From an uncultured Acidobacteriota bacterium (GTDB taxonomy: Bacteria > Acidobacteriota > Terriglobia > UBA7540), in contig CAWDSK010000003.1 of assembly GCA_963804995.1 (NCBI GenBank), positions 96,001 through 160,000 on the forward strand: DNA of 64,000 nt, in the 5' to 3' direction. Made by a program: the position numbers and the translations under genes. Below, piece after piece: positions 21,708 through 33,467 of the stretch. Position 1 is the stretch's first letter. Each line of letters starts with the position of its first letter. Under the pieces are notes generated by a model. It made no database searches. It was not told where the DNA came from and worked only from the letters and a program-made list of their open reading frames with translations.

Positions 21708-22244
21708 ATGAAGAAACTCATGGCGACGGCAGCGATGCTCCTCTTGGTGCCGGTATCTATGCCGGCGCAGAACACCGATCAAAAGTCTCAGGGCCTGGGG
21801 TACGTATTTATTGGCGGTGGGACCCGTCAGATGGGCCCTACCTTCGGTTTTGGCGGGGAATACCTCGACAAGGGTGGTTTCGGTGTGGGTGCGGAACTTG
21901 CAACCGCAGGCTGGGACACATCTGCCAACCACAATTCCAACTGGATTGGGTTGGGCTCACTGGACCTGTCCTACCACTTATTCCCCAAAAAGACCCGGGA
22001 CTATGCACCGTTTGTGGCAGGCGGGTACAGCATTTTCTTTGGACAAGACACAGACACGCCGGGGGGGAACGTTACAAATGGGTTTAACCTAGGCGGCGGC
22101 ATCGACCTCTTCGCGTCGAAGCATATCGGCGTGCGCTTCGACGGTCGGTACTATGGCCATGGCGGCCGGATCCTCTGGGCGTCATACCCAAATCTTACTC
22201 AGTTCAGTTTCGTTGCCATCCGGATTGGATTGACGTTCAGGTAA
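21708..22244 (+). CDS. Outer-membrane beta-barrel protein
   Basis: GGAGG RBS, signal peptide, APFVAGG, FNLGGGID, C-terminal IGLTFR. Confidence 0.8.
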   Translation: MKKLMATAAMLLLVPVSMPAQNTDQKSQGLGYVFIGGGTRQMGPTFGFGGEYLDKGGFGVGAELATAGWDTSANHNSNWIGLGSLDLSYHLFPKKTRDYAPFVAGGYSIFFGQDTDTPGGNVTNGFNLGGGIDLFASKHIGVRFDGRYYGHGGRILWASYPNLTQFSFVAIRIGLTFR

Positions 22245-22299
22245 GAACCGTGTCGGGTGCCCCCCTGGCGCGGGATGACCCATTCGGGATTGGGATAGA

Positions 22300-23154
22300 A
22301 TGCCTCCGTACCCCGGCTGGACTGGCCTAGAAGAATGGATTTCGATCTGCCGACTTACGAAAGGGAGAACAACTACGGAAATATGCACCCCGGATGGAGA
22401 ATTACCTGGCGATAGAAAGACAGGCCGCAGGGTGCTGGCCGCCGCGCTTTTGCTGACCTGTGCAAGACTCATGATGGCGCAGGACGTTGAGCAGACTCGT
22501 TCGTCGTTAGAACAAGCGCCGGCTTCGCTTGGAAGCGGTTCTGGCGTCATTGCCCTTCTGCCTCCGGCCATAAGCCAAAAACGCCTTACGGCAAAAGACA
22601 AGTTTCAGATCTACCTCCATCAAAGTTATGGTCCGCAGAATTTCATTTTTCCTGCATTCGGCGCAGGCTACTCCCTGCTGAATCCGCCCAGCCGTTATCC
22701 CCGCGAATGGGAGGACGGTGGGGGAGCTTTCGGGCGATGGTATGGAGAACAGCTAGCGACAAGCACATCGAGTCGAACGGGGCAACTCCTGGCGGAAATT
22801 GCCTTGCATGAAGATCCTCGCTACGTTCCATCAGGCAGCAAGAACGCCCTGCTTCGAATGTTTCATGCGGTTGCCTTTACCTTCGTTGATAAAACCGATT
22901 CAGGACACAACACCTTCGCGTTTTCTAACTTCGCTGCGGCTGCGGCAGGGGGATTCGTCGGAATGGGCGTATTGCCGGATGGATTTAATGATGTCACGCA
23001 TGCCGAGCAGCGCGCGTTGCGAGGCCTGGAAAGGGTTGCGGTTCGTAACATCGTAACGGAATTTCGACCCGAGTGGGCACCCCTCTTGAGGAAGATACAT
23101 ATCCCCAGCATTCTTCCGGAATGGTGGACCCCCAAGCATCCACAGCACCCTTAG
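22300..23154 (+). CDS. Conserved hypothetical exported/membrane protein (start uncertain)
   Basis: LTAKDKF, PREWEDGGGAFGRWYG, LHEDPRY pattern. Confidence 0.65.
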   Translation: MPPYPGWTGLEEWISICRLTKGRTTTEICTPDGELPGDRKTGRRVLAAALLLTCARLMMAQDVEQTRSSLEQAPASLGSGSGVIALLPPAISQKRLTAKDKFQIYLHQSYGPQNFIFPAFGAGYSLLNPPSRYPREWEDGGGAFGRWYGEQLATSTSSRTGQLLAEIALHEDPRYVPSGSKNALLRMFHAVAFTFVDKTDSGHNTFAFSNFAAAAAGGFVGMGVLPDGFNDVTHAEQRALRGLERVAVRNIVTEFRPEWAPLLRKIHIPSILPEWWTPKHPQHP

Positions 23155-23232
23155 CGGGTAGCGCGGAGGTATTTGGCTCCGAGCCGGATTCCTCCGCGGC
23201 CGTTTCTCATTGCCTGGCAATGAACAGGTCAA
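23153..23232. repeat. Structured ~80-bp dispersed repeat, copy 1 (other copies ~27527-27604 and partial ~28162-28196)
   Basis: GGTAGCGCGGAGGTRTTTGGC..GAGC..RATTCCTCCGCGGCC..TCTCATTGCCTGGYAATGAACAGGTC seen twice nearly full length. Confidence 0.8.
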
Positions 23233-23501
23233 GATTCCGATTTTACGAGCCGCAGAGGAAAGCAAACTGCGCTTGCCTCTGCGCTACAGACTCTACTCCT
23301 ATCCGATATCCCAGAGGCAACCGCATGTAATCAATCCTGATGGGGCACGCCGCCACCGTCGCCTTGCCCAGAGCAAAATTGCCATAACCTGACCACTGCC
23401 AGAAGAACCCACGGTCAGAAAGGCACTGAGCGTGGCTACCCCGCTGACCGTGGCCGCTCATGAAATCATCGGCGCGCCATAGGATCTTGGCGAGGCACTG
23501 G

Positions 23502-25702
23502 CTAAACTTCCTGAGAAGGCCCTGATCCCACGCTTGGGTCAGCATCCAAGACAGCGCGCAGCTTGCGCACTAAGGTATCTGGAGTAAAGGGCTTCTGAAG
23601 AAAGTTTGCGCCTGACTGAAGGCCCCCATGGTGAAGGATGGCGTTATCCGTATAGCCTGACATATATAAGATTTTCATTTCGGGGCGCTGAGCTGACACT
23701 TGCTCGGCCAATTGCCTTCCGCTCATCTCAGGCATGATCAAATCTGTCATCAGCAAGTGGATGGGATCTTTATGCTCATCACAAGTTACGAGAGCCGCCG
23801 CGCCATGGCTCGCTTCGAGCACATGGTAGCCGTTCGCTTCCAGAACCCTGCGAACAAGCACACGGACCGCCTCCTCGTCCTCAACCACCAGCACGGTTTC
23901 CGAACCCTGGCGTGAAGCGGTTTGGGCCATCGCTGGTTCAGCCTGCTCAAGGGCTTCTTTTACTCGGGGCAGATAAATCTTAAAGGACGTGCCGGAACCC
24001 AACTCGCTGTAAACCCAAATGTTACCGCCGCTTTGTTTGACGATGCCGAAGACAGTGGAAAGTCCCAATCCCGTTCCCTTACCCAGCCCTTTCGTCGTAA
24101 AGAAGGGTTCAAAGATGCGGGCTTTAGTTTGGGTGTCCATTCCCGTACCTGTATCACTGACCCCGAGCATGACGTGGGGGCCGGGTTTCGAATCCGCATG
24201 GGCCTGCGCGTAGTGCTCATCCAGGTCGACGTTGGCGGTCTCGATGGTGAGTTTCCCGCCCTGGGGCATAGCATCGCGGGCATTAACAGCCAAGTTGATG
24301 ATGACCTGCTCGATTTGGCCGGGATCGGCCTTAACGTTCCACAACCCCTCACTGGCCACCATCACCAAGTTGATATCTTCCCCGATAAGACGCCGCAGCA
24401 TCTTATCCATGTTCTTAACCACCGCATTCAAATCCAGCACGGCGGGCGCCAGGACTTGGCGGCGGCTGAAGGCCAGGAGTTGGCGCGTAAGACTTGCGGC
24501 CCGCTGTCCAGCCGAGAGGATTTCCATAACGTGGCCGCGCCGCGTGTCATCAGTGGGGAGTTGGCCTAGCAGGATATCGCCGTATCCATTGACGATCATC
24601 AAAAGATTATTAAAATCGTGAGCCACTCCTCCCGCCAGTTGCCCCACGGCTTCCATCTTCTCAGCCTGGCGGAGACGCTCCTTCGAGTTGGTTGCGCTCG
24701 GTTACATCGCGAGAGACGACGACAACCTTCGCGGTTTTCCCTTTTTCATCCGGAATGACACTCCCTTGGGACTCGATATAGCGGATACTCCCGTCTCTAA
24801 GCAAGAATCGATACTCGGCTCTCTGCCCGCGACCTGTCCTGACGGTTTCTTGGAATATGTGCCTGATTCTTTCCCTATCATCGGGATGAATTTCATCGAA
24901 CGAGATCGACCCGCGCACGCACCTGGATCGCCTAGGATATCTCTGTAGGAAGGGCTGTTATACAGTCGCTTGCCATCTAAGTTGAGGACAGCAATGAGAT
25001 CAGAAATGTTCTCCGCGATGAGGCGAAACTGCTCCTCACTTTGGCGAAGCTGCTCTGCCGCCATCTTGTGCCCAGCGATTTCTGTCCGAAGGGCAGCCGT
25101 TCTCTCTTCCACCTCTCTTTCTAGTCCTGCAGCCAGCCGCGTCAGCTCTATCTGCTTCTCGCCCAGCTCTGCGTTAATTCGGGTCGCATCCTCGTAAGTC
25201 GAAATCAGCAAATCAAGAATCTGCTGCGGCTCAGAAGTAATGTGATGAATGTTGTCACCCAGCTTGATCTGCAATGACACATCCCTCTTCGCACGCTCAC
25301 GCAACCTCCGATTTGACAGGGCATAGTCAATACGTGAGAGAAGGGCTGGTTCGTCGTACGGCTTCCTAATGAACATGTCCGCGCCGCACTCTAAACCCTT
25401 GACCACGTCTTCCGTGCTGGAAAGCGAGGTCATCAGGATAACCGGTACGTCCTTCAGCTCCTTCTCCGTTTTGAGGTGCTTGCAAAGGGCGTAGCCATCC
25501 ATTTCCGGCATCAAAATGTCGCTGACGATGAGCGAAGGCTTGCGAATGCGGGCCGCCTCGAGAGCCTCCTTGCCGTTAGCTGCCACCGTCACGGCGTGTC
25601 CGCGCTGTTCGAGCATGTGTTTCAGTTGCTCGGCTCGGGTGGGGCTATCCTGGGCAATGAGGATTTCTACGGGACCGTTGGTCGACGTTGGGGGGGGCTC
25701 AT
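23502..25702 (-). pseudogene. Hybrid sensor histidine kinase (REC-PAS-HisKA-HATPase-REC), broken by apparent indels at ~25695, ~24918 and ~24681
   Basis: SDILMPEMDG REC; IHPDDRE PAS; LAGGVAHDFNNLL H-box; NARDAM, DTGTGM, FFTTK, GTGLGL; C-terminal REC TDLIMPEMSG. Confidence 0.85.
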
Positions 25703-26108
25703 GAGTCAACCTTACCTCTTGGGAATAAACGTACTTGATATCATACACCAAATACCCTTTCGAGGGGAGGGCAGGGGGTTGTCTTCAGCGGTTTCGGAAG
25801 ATTGGGTTGGCGAAGTTAATTTGAACAAGCCACCCCGCTTGCAGGAAACTGGGTTACCCCGTCAGGTGTGAAAGATCATACTGAGAGCCGCAGAGTGTGA
25901 ACTGCATACACTCTGCCCTACCCTGCTGGTATGATGGGCATACGATTTGCTGAGGGATCCAGTGCTTCGATCCCGGAAATCGGAGTGAAGGGCAGGACTC
26001 ATCCGTGCCGCATCGGGATTGTGTTGCAGCGGTCTGGCAGCCGAATTCGCAGTCAGTCAATCTAACCTGAGCGTATTAATATTACTGTTGCCCTGAAGGG
26101 AGCCTCTC

Positions 26109-27440
26109 ATGAATAGAAGAGAATGTTGTCAAATGGCTGTGGCGGGCGCCATTGGTACGGTTTTGCCGGCAAAGCGCCTTGCCGCCGAGGAGCAAGTGGC
26201 GCGCGCGGTGCGCGGGTTGCCATCACCCCTCATCAAAGACATCAAGGTGATTACTACGGAGCCCTCCGGCGTGCGCCTGGTGGTGGTGAAGGTCCTCACC
26301 GATCAAGATGGCCTTTACGGTTACGGGTGCGCCACCTTTACCCAGCGCGCCGATTTGGTGGTGCCGGCGGTGGAAAAATACCTCAAGCCGTTCCTGCTCG
26401 GAAAGCCGGCAGACCGCATCGAGGATACGTGGCAGGCCTGCTACAACAGTTCGTATTGGCGCAACGGCCCCGTGCTCAACAATGCCATCAGCGGGGTTGA
26501 CCAGGCGCTGTGGGACATCAAGGGCCGGCAGGCCAACATGCCGGTGTACGAGTTGCTGGGCGGCAAGGCGCGCGAAGCAGCCACCATCTACGACACGTTG
26601 GAAGACATGGAAATCCCGAGGATCATCGATCGCGCCCGCCAATCCATGGAAAAGGGGTTTCGATGTATCAAACTGCAGACGGGAGTGCCGGGTATGGCCG
26701 GGTACGGCCCGGAGGCCGGCCCTGGAAGGAAAGGTTTGCACGCTGGCGCCGTGTTCGAGCCGGAACCTTACATGCGCCGGACGCGGCAAATGTTGGAAGA
26801 GTCCCGGAAACAGTTGGGGGAAGAAATCGAGCTGATTCATGACGTGCATGAACGCGTGAGCCCGCACCAAGCCGTGCAATTTGCCAAAGAACTCGAGCCG
26901 ATCGGGCTGTTCTATCTGGAAGACTTACTCTCCCCCGAGGACATCGCCTATTTCCGGCAGATCCGGCAACAGTGCGCAACTTCGCTCGCCATGGGCGAAC
27001 TCTTCAATAGCCCGCACGAGTGGCAGCCGCTGATTGCCGAGCGCCTCATCGATTATATCCGCGTCCACCTGTCGCAAGCCGGAGGTCTGACGCCGTCTCG
27101 AAAGATCGCCATCCTGGCGGAACAGTTCGGGGTCAAAACCGCCTGGCACGGCCCCGAGGATGTCTCGCCCGTGGGTCACATGGCGCAATTGCATCTGGAA
27201 CTTGCCAGCACCAACTTCGGCATCCATGAGGGTGGCGTTATCAGTGGTGTGACCGGCGAGATTTTCCCGGGCTACGCAACTTATAAAGATGGCTACTTGT
27301 GGGCCAACGAGTCGCCGGGCTGGGGGATGGAAGTGAATGAGCAACTCGCCGCGAAGTATCCCTTCCGTGACGGACCCGACCACCTCAATGGCGGATGGGG
27401 AGAAATCCGGCGGTATGATGGCACCATCATCAAGCAATGA
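26109..27440 (+). CDS. Mandelate racemase/enolase-superfamily dehydratase (RspA/ManD-like) with Tat-like leader
   Basis: SYWRNGPV, ISGVDQALWDIKG, HDVHER, YLED, MGEL, AWHGP. Confidence 0.9.
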   Translation: MNRRECCQMAVAGAIGTVLPAKRLAAEEQVARAVRGLPSPLIKDIKVITTEPSGVRLVVVKVLTDQDGLYGYGCATFTQRADLVVPAVEKYLKPFLLGKPADRIEDTWQACYNSSYWRNGPVLNNAISGVDQALWDIKGRQANMPVYELLGGKAREAATIYDTLEDMEIPRIIDRARQSMEKGFRCIKLQTGVPGMAGYGPEAGPGRKGLHAGAVFEPEPYMRRTRQMLEESRKQLGEEIELIHDVHERVSPHQAVQFAKELEPIGLFYLEDLLSPEDIAYFRQIRQQCATSLAMGELFNSPHEWQPLIAERLIDYIRVHLSQAGGLTPSRKIAILAEQFGVKTAWHGPEDVSPVGHMAQLHLELASTNFGIHEGGVISGVTGEIFPGYATYKDGYLWANESPGWGMEVNEQLAAKYPFRDGPDHLNGGWGEIRRYDGTIIKQ

Positions 27441-27526
27441 AGGTTCGTCTTCCCGAAAGGACTCGTGTGGGACATGGCGGCTCATTCCAATCAGCCCATA
27501 GGGAGGATCGACGCATCCTGCAACAA

Positions 27527-27604
27527 GCCGGTAGCGCGGAGGTGTTTGGCGCCGAGCTGAATTCCTCCGCGGCCCCTTCTCATTGCCTGGTAATGAACAG
27601 GTCG
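27527..27604. repeat. Structured dispersed repeat, copy 2
   Basis: High similarity to 23153-23232 with pairing-preserving changes. Confidence 0.8.
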
Positions 27605-27637
27605 ACATTTAGTGACGGGTTGCCTTGAGAATCTCAT

Positions 27638-28100
27638 TCAAACCGACGGACCCGGGATTTGCCGCCCCGCGTCGCTGAAGAGCTTCTCCGCAATTGGCAG
27701 GGGAATATAAAAATAGCTCTTATTCGACGGAACGTGGAAGCGTATGCACTCTTTCAACAAAAAGCGCTTTCGGCGATAAAGCAGGGCGCTCCAGGGAAGG
27801 AGGATGGGTATCTTCAACAGGGCAGGGTTCCCATCTTTCCAGGCGGTGAAAAATCCCCTTCGCGGCGGTTTCGGCGGAGAGGTCAAATACACTGCGGCCG
27901 CGTTGGCCCCAACCGAACACAGGACGTGGGCCGCTTCGCCAATCGTCATTCCATAGACGCGACACTCATAAAGGGGTCCGTTGAACACTGACGGCCCGGC
28001 GAAATCACGCGTGAGTTTGCGAATGCCATCCAGGTAGTACCATGCCAGGTATGTTCCAACCATCACGGCAATGAAACAGATCAAGGGAAGCACGACGTTA
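27638..28100 (-). CDS. Hypothetical membrane-anchored protein (start uncertain)
   Basis: Open frame with N-terminal hydrophobic helix VVLPLICFIAVMVGTYLAWYY. Confidence 0.5.
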
Positions 28101-28246
28101 CCTCGGTTCTTACGCCCTTCAAGCGTACGTCTTTGATACGCCGTACACGATAGCACCGGCTCAGCGGGTAGCGCGGGGGTATTTGGCGCCGAGCTAACGC
28201 ATGGCGTCATGCATTTGACGGGGGGATGATGACGGCAAAGAATAAC

Positions 28247-30965
28247 CTATCGAAAATTACTGATCAGGATCACGTCGTGGGACGTGGTTCCGCGGGCGAG
28301 GGCGAGCTGTTTACCGTCGCGCGACCAGTCAAAGGAGAAGATCTGCTCTGATTTGAAATTGGTGATCTGCTTGAGCGGACCTCCCGCCAACGGCTGACGC
28401 CAGATGTTAGAAACGCCACCGCGGGTCAGGGAATAGTCCAATGCTTTCCCCTCTGGCGCCCATCGAAACCATGTCGCAGTAGGGGGAAGATCGAACTTGT
28501 AGAGAGGCTCGCCACCATCGAAAGGAACAACGGTAAGGACAGAGGGGCTTGAAAGCGTGGTTCCCCAGGCGGTATAAGCGAGCAGCTTGCCGTCCGGGGA
28601 GGTTAAGGCCAGGGGGCTGCTCCGATTCTGTATTTGCACGTGCGTTGGCGTGCCGCCCTGAATAGGCACTCGCCACACGCTCATGTCATTGAGCCGGGCG
28701 TACACGACCCATTTGCCATCTGGAGAACATGTGGGGAAGCTAGCAAAACCTTCGTTCGTCAACTGCGTCGGATTGGAGCCGTCCGCGTCCATCCTCCACA
28801 CGTTCATCCTCTCCTCGCGGTAGGACTGAAAGACAACGAAGCGCCCGTCCCCGCAAATTTCGGGCTGGTAATTGTTGCGTTCGTTCGGGGTCAGCAACGT
28901 CTGGCTACTGCCATCCGCTGGCGCGGCGAATAGTTCTCCGTTCCGGTTTTGATAAACGATCCCACTGCCAGGCATCCAGGAGAGGTGGGATATCGCCGGG
29001 CCCCCCGAGGTAATCTGGCGGGCACGTGAAGCGTCGCCGGCGGGCGCCACCCAAAGGTCAGAAGCCGTCGTGGTTTCGACGGCAACCACGGTTTTGCGAT
29101 CCCGGGTCAAATCAATAGAGTAACGTTCATAGTCCATCAGATCGTTGGTGAAACGGCGGGCCTCTCCGCCGGGAAAGGAGATGTACCAGAGCTGTCCGCG
29201 GAATCCTTGGGAGGGATCGGATATGACAGTCAGAAGGCTGTTTCCGTCCGCCAACCAGCGAACCTGGCCCACCGGGTTCAGGCTTGAGTAGATTTCGCGC
29301 CGCGTTCCGTCCGAGACCGCTACGGCCGAGACCACGGCCCGGACGCGGCTGGTGACTTCCGTAGTCGCGAGAGCAATGGTTTTTCCATCCGGTGACCAGG
29401 CGGGCCCGAAAAAGTATCCCGTCACGACAATTACCGGGAGTCTGGCCAACAGCCGCTCTCCGCCGCCGCCCACCTGAGCCACCAGGAGGTGGGCCTCATT
29501 CTTATCAGGAATTCCCCTGACAAAAGCGAATTGCTTGCCGTCAGGGGAGAAGCTGATAGGGGCATCAATATCGCGGACCAGTTGGCGTGGTGTACCCCCC
29601 AGCACGGGCATCTGAAAGAGGTAGTTGTAAAGAAGGGTGCTCTTATCGGAGCGGACGAAATAGATGTAGTTCCCGTCCGGGGAGAAGGTCAGCCCCGCGA
29701 AGCTGACTACGTCCGGTGGCAGGATCTGGAACGTCGCTGCCGGTGGCCACCTGGCGCACGTTCAGGCTCTGCTTTTCTCCTTCCCGGAGGACGTAGACCA
29801 CGTATTGCCCGTCGGGGGAAATCGCCACATCTATCGCCTTGCCGCTCTGCGTGAGCCGGACAATCTTCATGGTCTGGAGATTCAATTCACTCTTCCGCAC
29901 GTTCAGCCGGTAAAGGCTATAACCCAGCCCCCCCAGCAACAGTAGGAAGAAGCCGATCAACAGGCCCGCCGCCAATCTGTGGCGTTTGGCTTCGCGGAGA
30001 AGGACAGAGGCGCTCGAGGACGAGGTGGCAGATGGCTGCGCCTCAACCTCTGCGGATGTTAAGCCTGCGGCACCCACCGCCGATTGCCGGCCTGAACTGC
30101 TGTCGCGCTTGAGGCGCTTGAGGTCGGCGCCGAGGTCCGTCGCGTGCTGGTACCGAATCTCGCGATCCTTCTCCAACGCCTTGTTGAGGATATGTTCCAA
30201 TTCCGCCGGGCAATCGGGATTCACTCGTACCGGCGAGGTGGGGGCTTTGTGTAGAATCGCGTCAAAGATAAGCGCCGACGTGGTGCCGGGGAAAGCCTGG
30301 CGGCCCGTGGCCATCTCATAGAGCACCACACCGAAACTGAAGAGGTCGGTGCGGGCGTCGAGTTCTTCGCCGCGCGCCTGCTCGGGCGACATGTAAGCCA
30401 CCGTGCCCATCGCCACACCGGGACTGGTCAGATGCTCCTCCGCGGCGGTGGCCAAAGCCGAAACTCCCACGGCTTCTGGTACACGCCGTGCCGCCGGCGC
30501 CAGCTTGGCCAGCCCGAAGTCCAGAATCTTCACCTGGCCGCGCGTGGTCACGAAGATGTTCGCCGGTTTGATGTCGCGGTGCACGATCCCCTTGGCGTGG
30601 GCCGCCTCCAGCGCCTCCGCAACTTGCAGGGCAAGGTCCAGTATTTCCTCGGTCTTCAGTGGCGTGCTTCCGATGCGATCCTTGAGCGTCTGCCCTTCCA
30701 GAAGCTGCATCACGATGAAGGGCTGGCCTTCGTGTTCACCAATGTCGTGAATGGTGCAGATGTTGGGATGATCGAGTGCCGAGGCCGCCTGAGCCTCGCG
30801 CTGGAATCGCTCCAGCGACTGTCGATCGCTCGCGAATCCTTCGGAGAGGAATTTCAATGCCACGTGACGGTGGAGGTTGGTGTCTTCGGCTCTGTAGACA
30901 ACGCCCATGCCTCCACCACCAAGCTTCTCTAGAATGCGATAGTGGGAAACAGTCCGGCCGATCAT
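28247..30965 (-). CDS. Ser/Thr protein kinase fused to TolB-like/PD40 beta-propeller, apparent 1-nt insertion near 29729
   Basis: [36 protein letters not shown] helix; SPDG repeats; removing one C gives [28 protein letters not shown]. Confidence 0.9.
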
Positions 30966-31292
30966 GGCGAGGTGGTCTCCTGAGGATTGCTGCCGTAACT
31001 GCTGGTGCTGACATCATAGGCCGTGATCTAGGGCAAGTCAACGTTCTCTGGACGCATAGTCTCTGGACGCATAGTCGCACACACGGCAAATACACGCATA
31101 GTGTCGCGGAAGGATCTTTTTGCTCTTCTCACTTCAAGTTAATGCCGGTCAGGAGGCGCTAGTTGTGTTGAGTACCGCGGAGTGGTGCCTGGTGCGCACG
31201 ACTCGGCGCTACTTGCTGGTACGCGACGGAGTACTAAACCTCATTGCCGCTCACGACTGAATCCTATAGAATCAAGGGTGAAACGAATACCC

Positions 31293-32858
31293 ATGCGCAG
31301 TGCGCCCCCTCCAGGGCGCGAAGGTGATCAAGAATTGGCTGCTTCCCGCCCTCGGCTCGTCTCCAAATACCGGCTTCTGATCACCTCGATATTTCTTGCC
31401 GGTCTGGTGGCGCTCATCTGGCCGGTGCGCGAGCTGCGCAGCGACAACTTCATCTTCTATTTCCCTGCCAGCCACCACTTGCTGCCCTTTGAGACCATCG
31501 ACAACACCAAGTACCTGCCGCTCTTGCAGATCCTGAACCTGGTGGGCAAGGTGGGAGGGCTACAGGAAAAGAAAAATTCCCTCAAAGTATGGTTTGGCTC
31601 GGCGCAAATCGAATTACGGCCGGCCGATACCAAAGTGCGCGTTGATAAAACCAACGTCAACCTGCCGGCGCCCGTGCGGGTTTCCAACGGTCAGTGGATG
31701 GTGCCGGTGGATTTCCTGACCACCGTGCTGCCGCGCCTGACGCACCAGACGGTGGAATATCAGGTGGGCACCAACCGGATTTTCATTGGCGATGTCAAAC
31801 CCTATTCCTTCACCGTGCGCCTGGACCCTCTGGCCAACGGGGCGCGGCTGACCGTCCAGTTCACCGATAAAGTCACCGTGCGCACCGCCTCCCAGAACGG
31901 TAAATGGGTGATGTTTCTGGGCGATCGCCCCGTGGAACCCATGGAGAACAGCTACCATTTCCAAAACCCCTACGTGAACGATTTGCAGTTTGACGATCAG
32001 GACGGCGTCCCGAAGCTGGTCCTTTCCCCGACCTCGAGTGGCCTGAACTTCTATCCGGTGCAGGCCGAGAATGGGAAAATCCTTCTGGCGGACGTGCTGA
32101 AACCTCCGCCCGTGGTTGCCCAAGGGCCACCCCAACAACCTACGCAACCAACCGTGCCCGCGCCTGGCACGCCCGCCACAACCGGACAGCCCACGCCGCC
32201 TGCCGAGGAAGTTCCTGCGACGCCACCCGGCCCGCCCTTGCCAGTTGTGGTGCTCGACGCCGGACACGGTGGTACGGAAGTGGGGGGGCGGGGCCGCGAC
32301 GGAGTGCTGGAGAAAGACCTGGTGGCCCAATACGTGGCCCGCGTCCGGTTGGCCCTGCTCTCCACGAATAAGTACCGCATCGTTTTGACCCGAACGGGTG
32401 ACGCAACCGTAAGCTTCGAGCAGCGCGCCCTGGCAGCCAATATGGCAGGAGCGCTCTACTTCCTGAGTTTTCATGCCGGAGACCTGGGCTCAGCTTCACC
32501 CCGGCTCACGGTTTTTAGTTTCGAGCCTTCTTCTCCCGCGGCGCCGGACGCCAGTGCAACGTCCCCACCAGCTTTCATCCCCTGGGCACAGGTCCAGCAA
32601 GGGCACCTTGAGCAAAGCCGCCAACTCGCTGCCGCCTTGCAGCAGCAACTCACCCTCATAAACGGGGTCGAAGTCGACATGCCCGGGCAGGCGCCGGCAC
32701 GCACGCTCCGCAACGTCAATGCCGCCGCCGTAGCGATCGAATTGGGGCGCCTGGCTCCAGATGCGGATTCCGCGCCGCTCACCAATCCCGTTTTCCAGCA
32801 ACAGGTGGCCACGGCCATCGCGCAGGCGCTTGCCAACCTCAACAAGGGAGGCAACTAA
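31293..32858 (+). CDS. N-acetylmuramoyl-L-alanine amidase (Amidase_3) with N-terminal extension (start uncertain)
   Basis: VVLDAGHGG, EKD, LTRTGD, SFHA, AIELG. Confidence 0.85.
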   Translation: MRSAPPPGREGDQELAASRPRLVSKYRLLITSIFLAGLVALIWPVRELRSDNFIFYFPASHHLLPFETIDNTKYLPLLQILNLVGKVGGLQEKKNSLKVWFGSAQIELRPADTKVRVDKTNVNLPAPVRVSNGQWMVPVDFLTTVLPRLTHQTVEYQVGTNRIFIGDVKPYSFTVRLDPLANGARLTVQFTDKVTVRTASQNGKWVMFLGDRPVEPMENSYHFQNPYVNDLQFDDQDGVPKLVLSPTSSGLNFYPVQAENGKILLADVLKPPPVVAQGPPQQPTQPTVPAPGTPATTGQPTPPAEEVPATPPGPPLPVVVLDAGHGGTEVGGRGRDGVLEKDLVAQYVARVRLALLSTNKYRIVLTRTGDATVSFEQRALAANMAGALYFLSFHAGDLGSASPRLTVFSFEPSSPAAPDASATSPPAFIPWAQVQQGHLEQSRQLAAALQQQLTLINGVEVDMPGQAPARTLRNVNAAAVAIELGRLAPDADSAPLTNPVFQQQVATAIAQALANLNKGGN

Positions 32859-32861
32859 GCC

Positions 32862-33461
32862 GTGTCGAGGCGCGCCAAAATCTTTCTTGTCATACTGCTG
32901 ATCGTGCTGGGAGCGGCCTCCTTCTACCTGCGGGCGCTGGTGCACCGCGTCTTTATTGAGCCCGCTCAGCACGCCGAGGAGACCGCGCGCGCCAGACTAA
33001 GTGAGTTCGCGCTGCAATCCCAGAAGAGCGTCAGCCAGACAGTCACCCTCTACTTCCCTTCCCTGGATGAGGGCCGGCTCATTCCTGAAAGCCGCTCGCT
33101 CACCTGGGCTGAGACGGACGGCGACCGCGTGCGTCAAATCGTGTTGGCGCTGGCGGAAGGTTCGCACCAGGGCCTGAGCCGCGTCTTGCCCGCTTCCACC
33201 AGCGTCCGCGCCGTCTTCCTGAACTCCGACGGCACCGCCTACGTCGACCTCTCGAACGAGGGCATGGGCGAGTTAGTGCCGGGCATCCAGGCAGAGAGTC
33301 TGGCCATTTATTCCATTGTTAATTCTATTACCATGAATATCCCCTCGGTGAAGAAGGTGCAATTCCTCATTCAGGGGCAGGAGGTGGAGACCCTGGACGG
33401 ACACGCGGACTTGACTGCCGCCTTTGCTCCGGATCCCACCCGCATCAAATCAGGCCCGTGA
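32862..33461 (+). CDS. GerMN-domain protein
   Basis: VTLYFP, TAYVDLS, IYSIVNSIT, ETLDGHADL; amidase-GerMN-rph synteny. Confidence 0.88.
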   Translation: MSRRAKIFLVILLIVLGAASFYLRALVHRVFIEPAQHAEETARARLSEFALQSQKSVSQTVTLYFPSLDEGRLIPESRSLTWAETDGDRVRQIVLALAEGSHQGLSRVLPASTSVRAVFLNSDGTAYVDLSNEGMGELVPGIQAESLAIYSIVNSITMNIPSVKKVQFLIQGQEVETLDGHADLTAAFAPDPTRIKSGP

Positions 33462-33467
33462 GGTTCT

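Noticed and set aside
23153..23232. Dispersed repeat as an integron attC site
   Set aside because: No RYYYAAC/GTTRRRY boxes or extrahelical-base pattern, and no intI in the window.
31045..31103. Short direct repeat TCTCTGGACGCATAGTC x2 plus a partial third copy
   Set aside because: Too short and isolated to assign; likely a local duplication.
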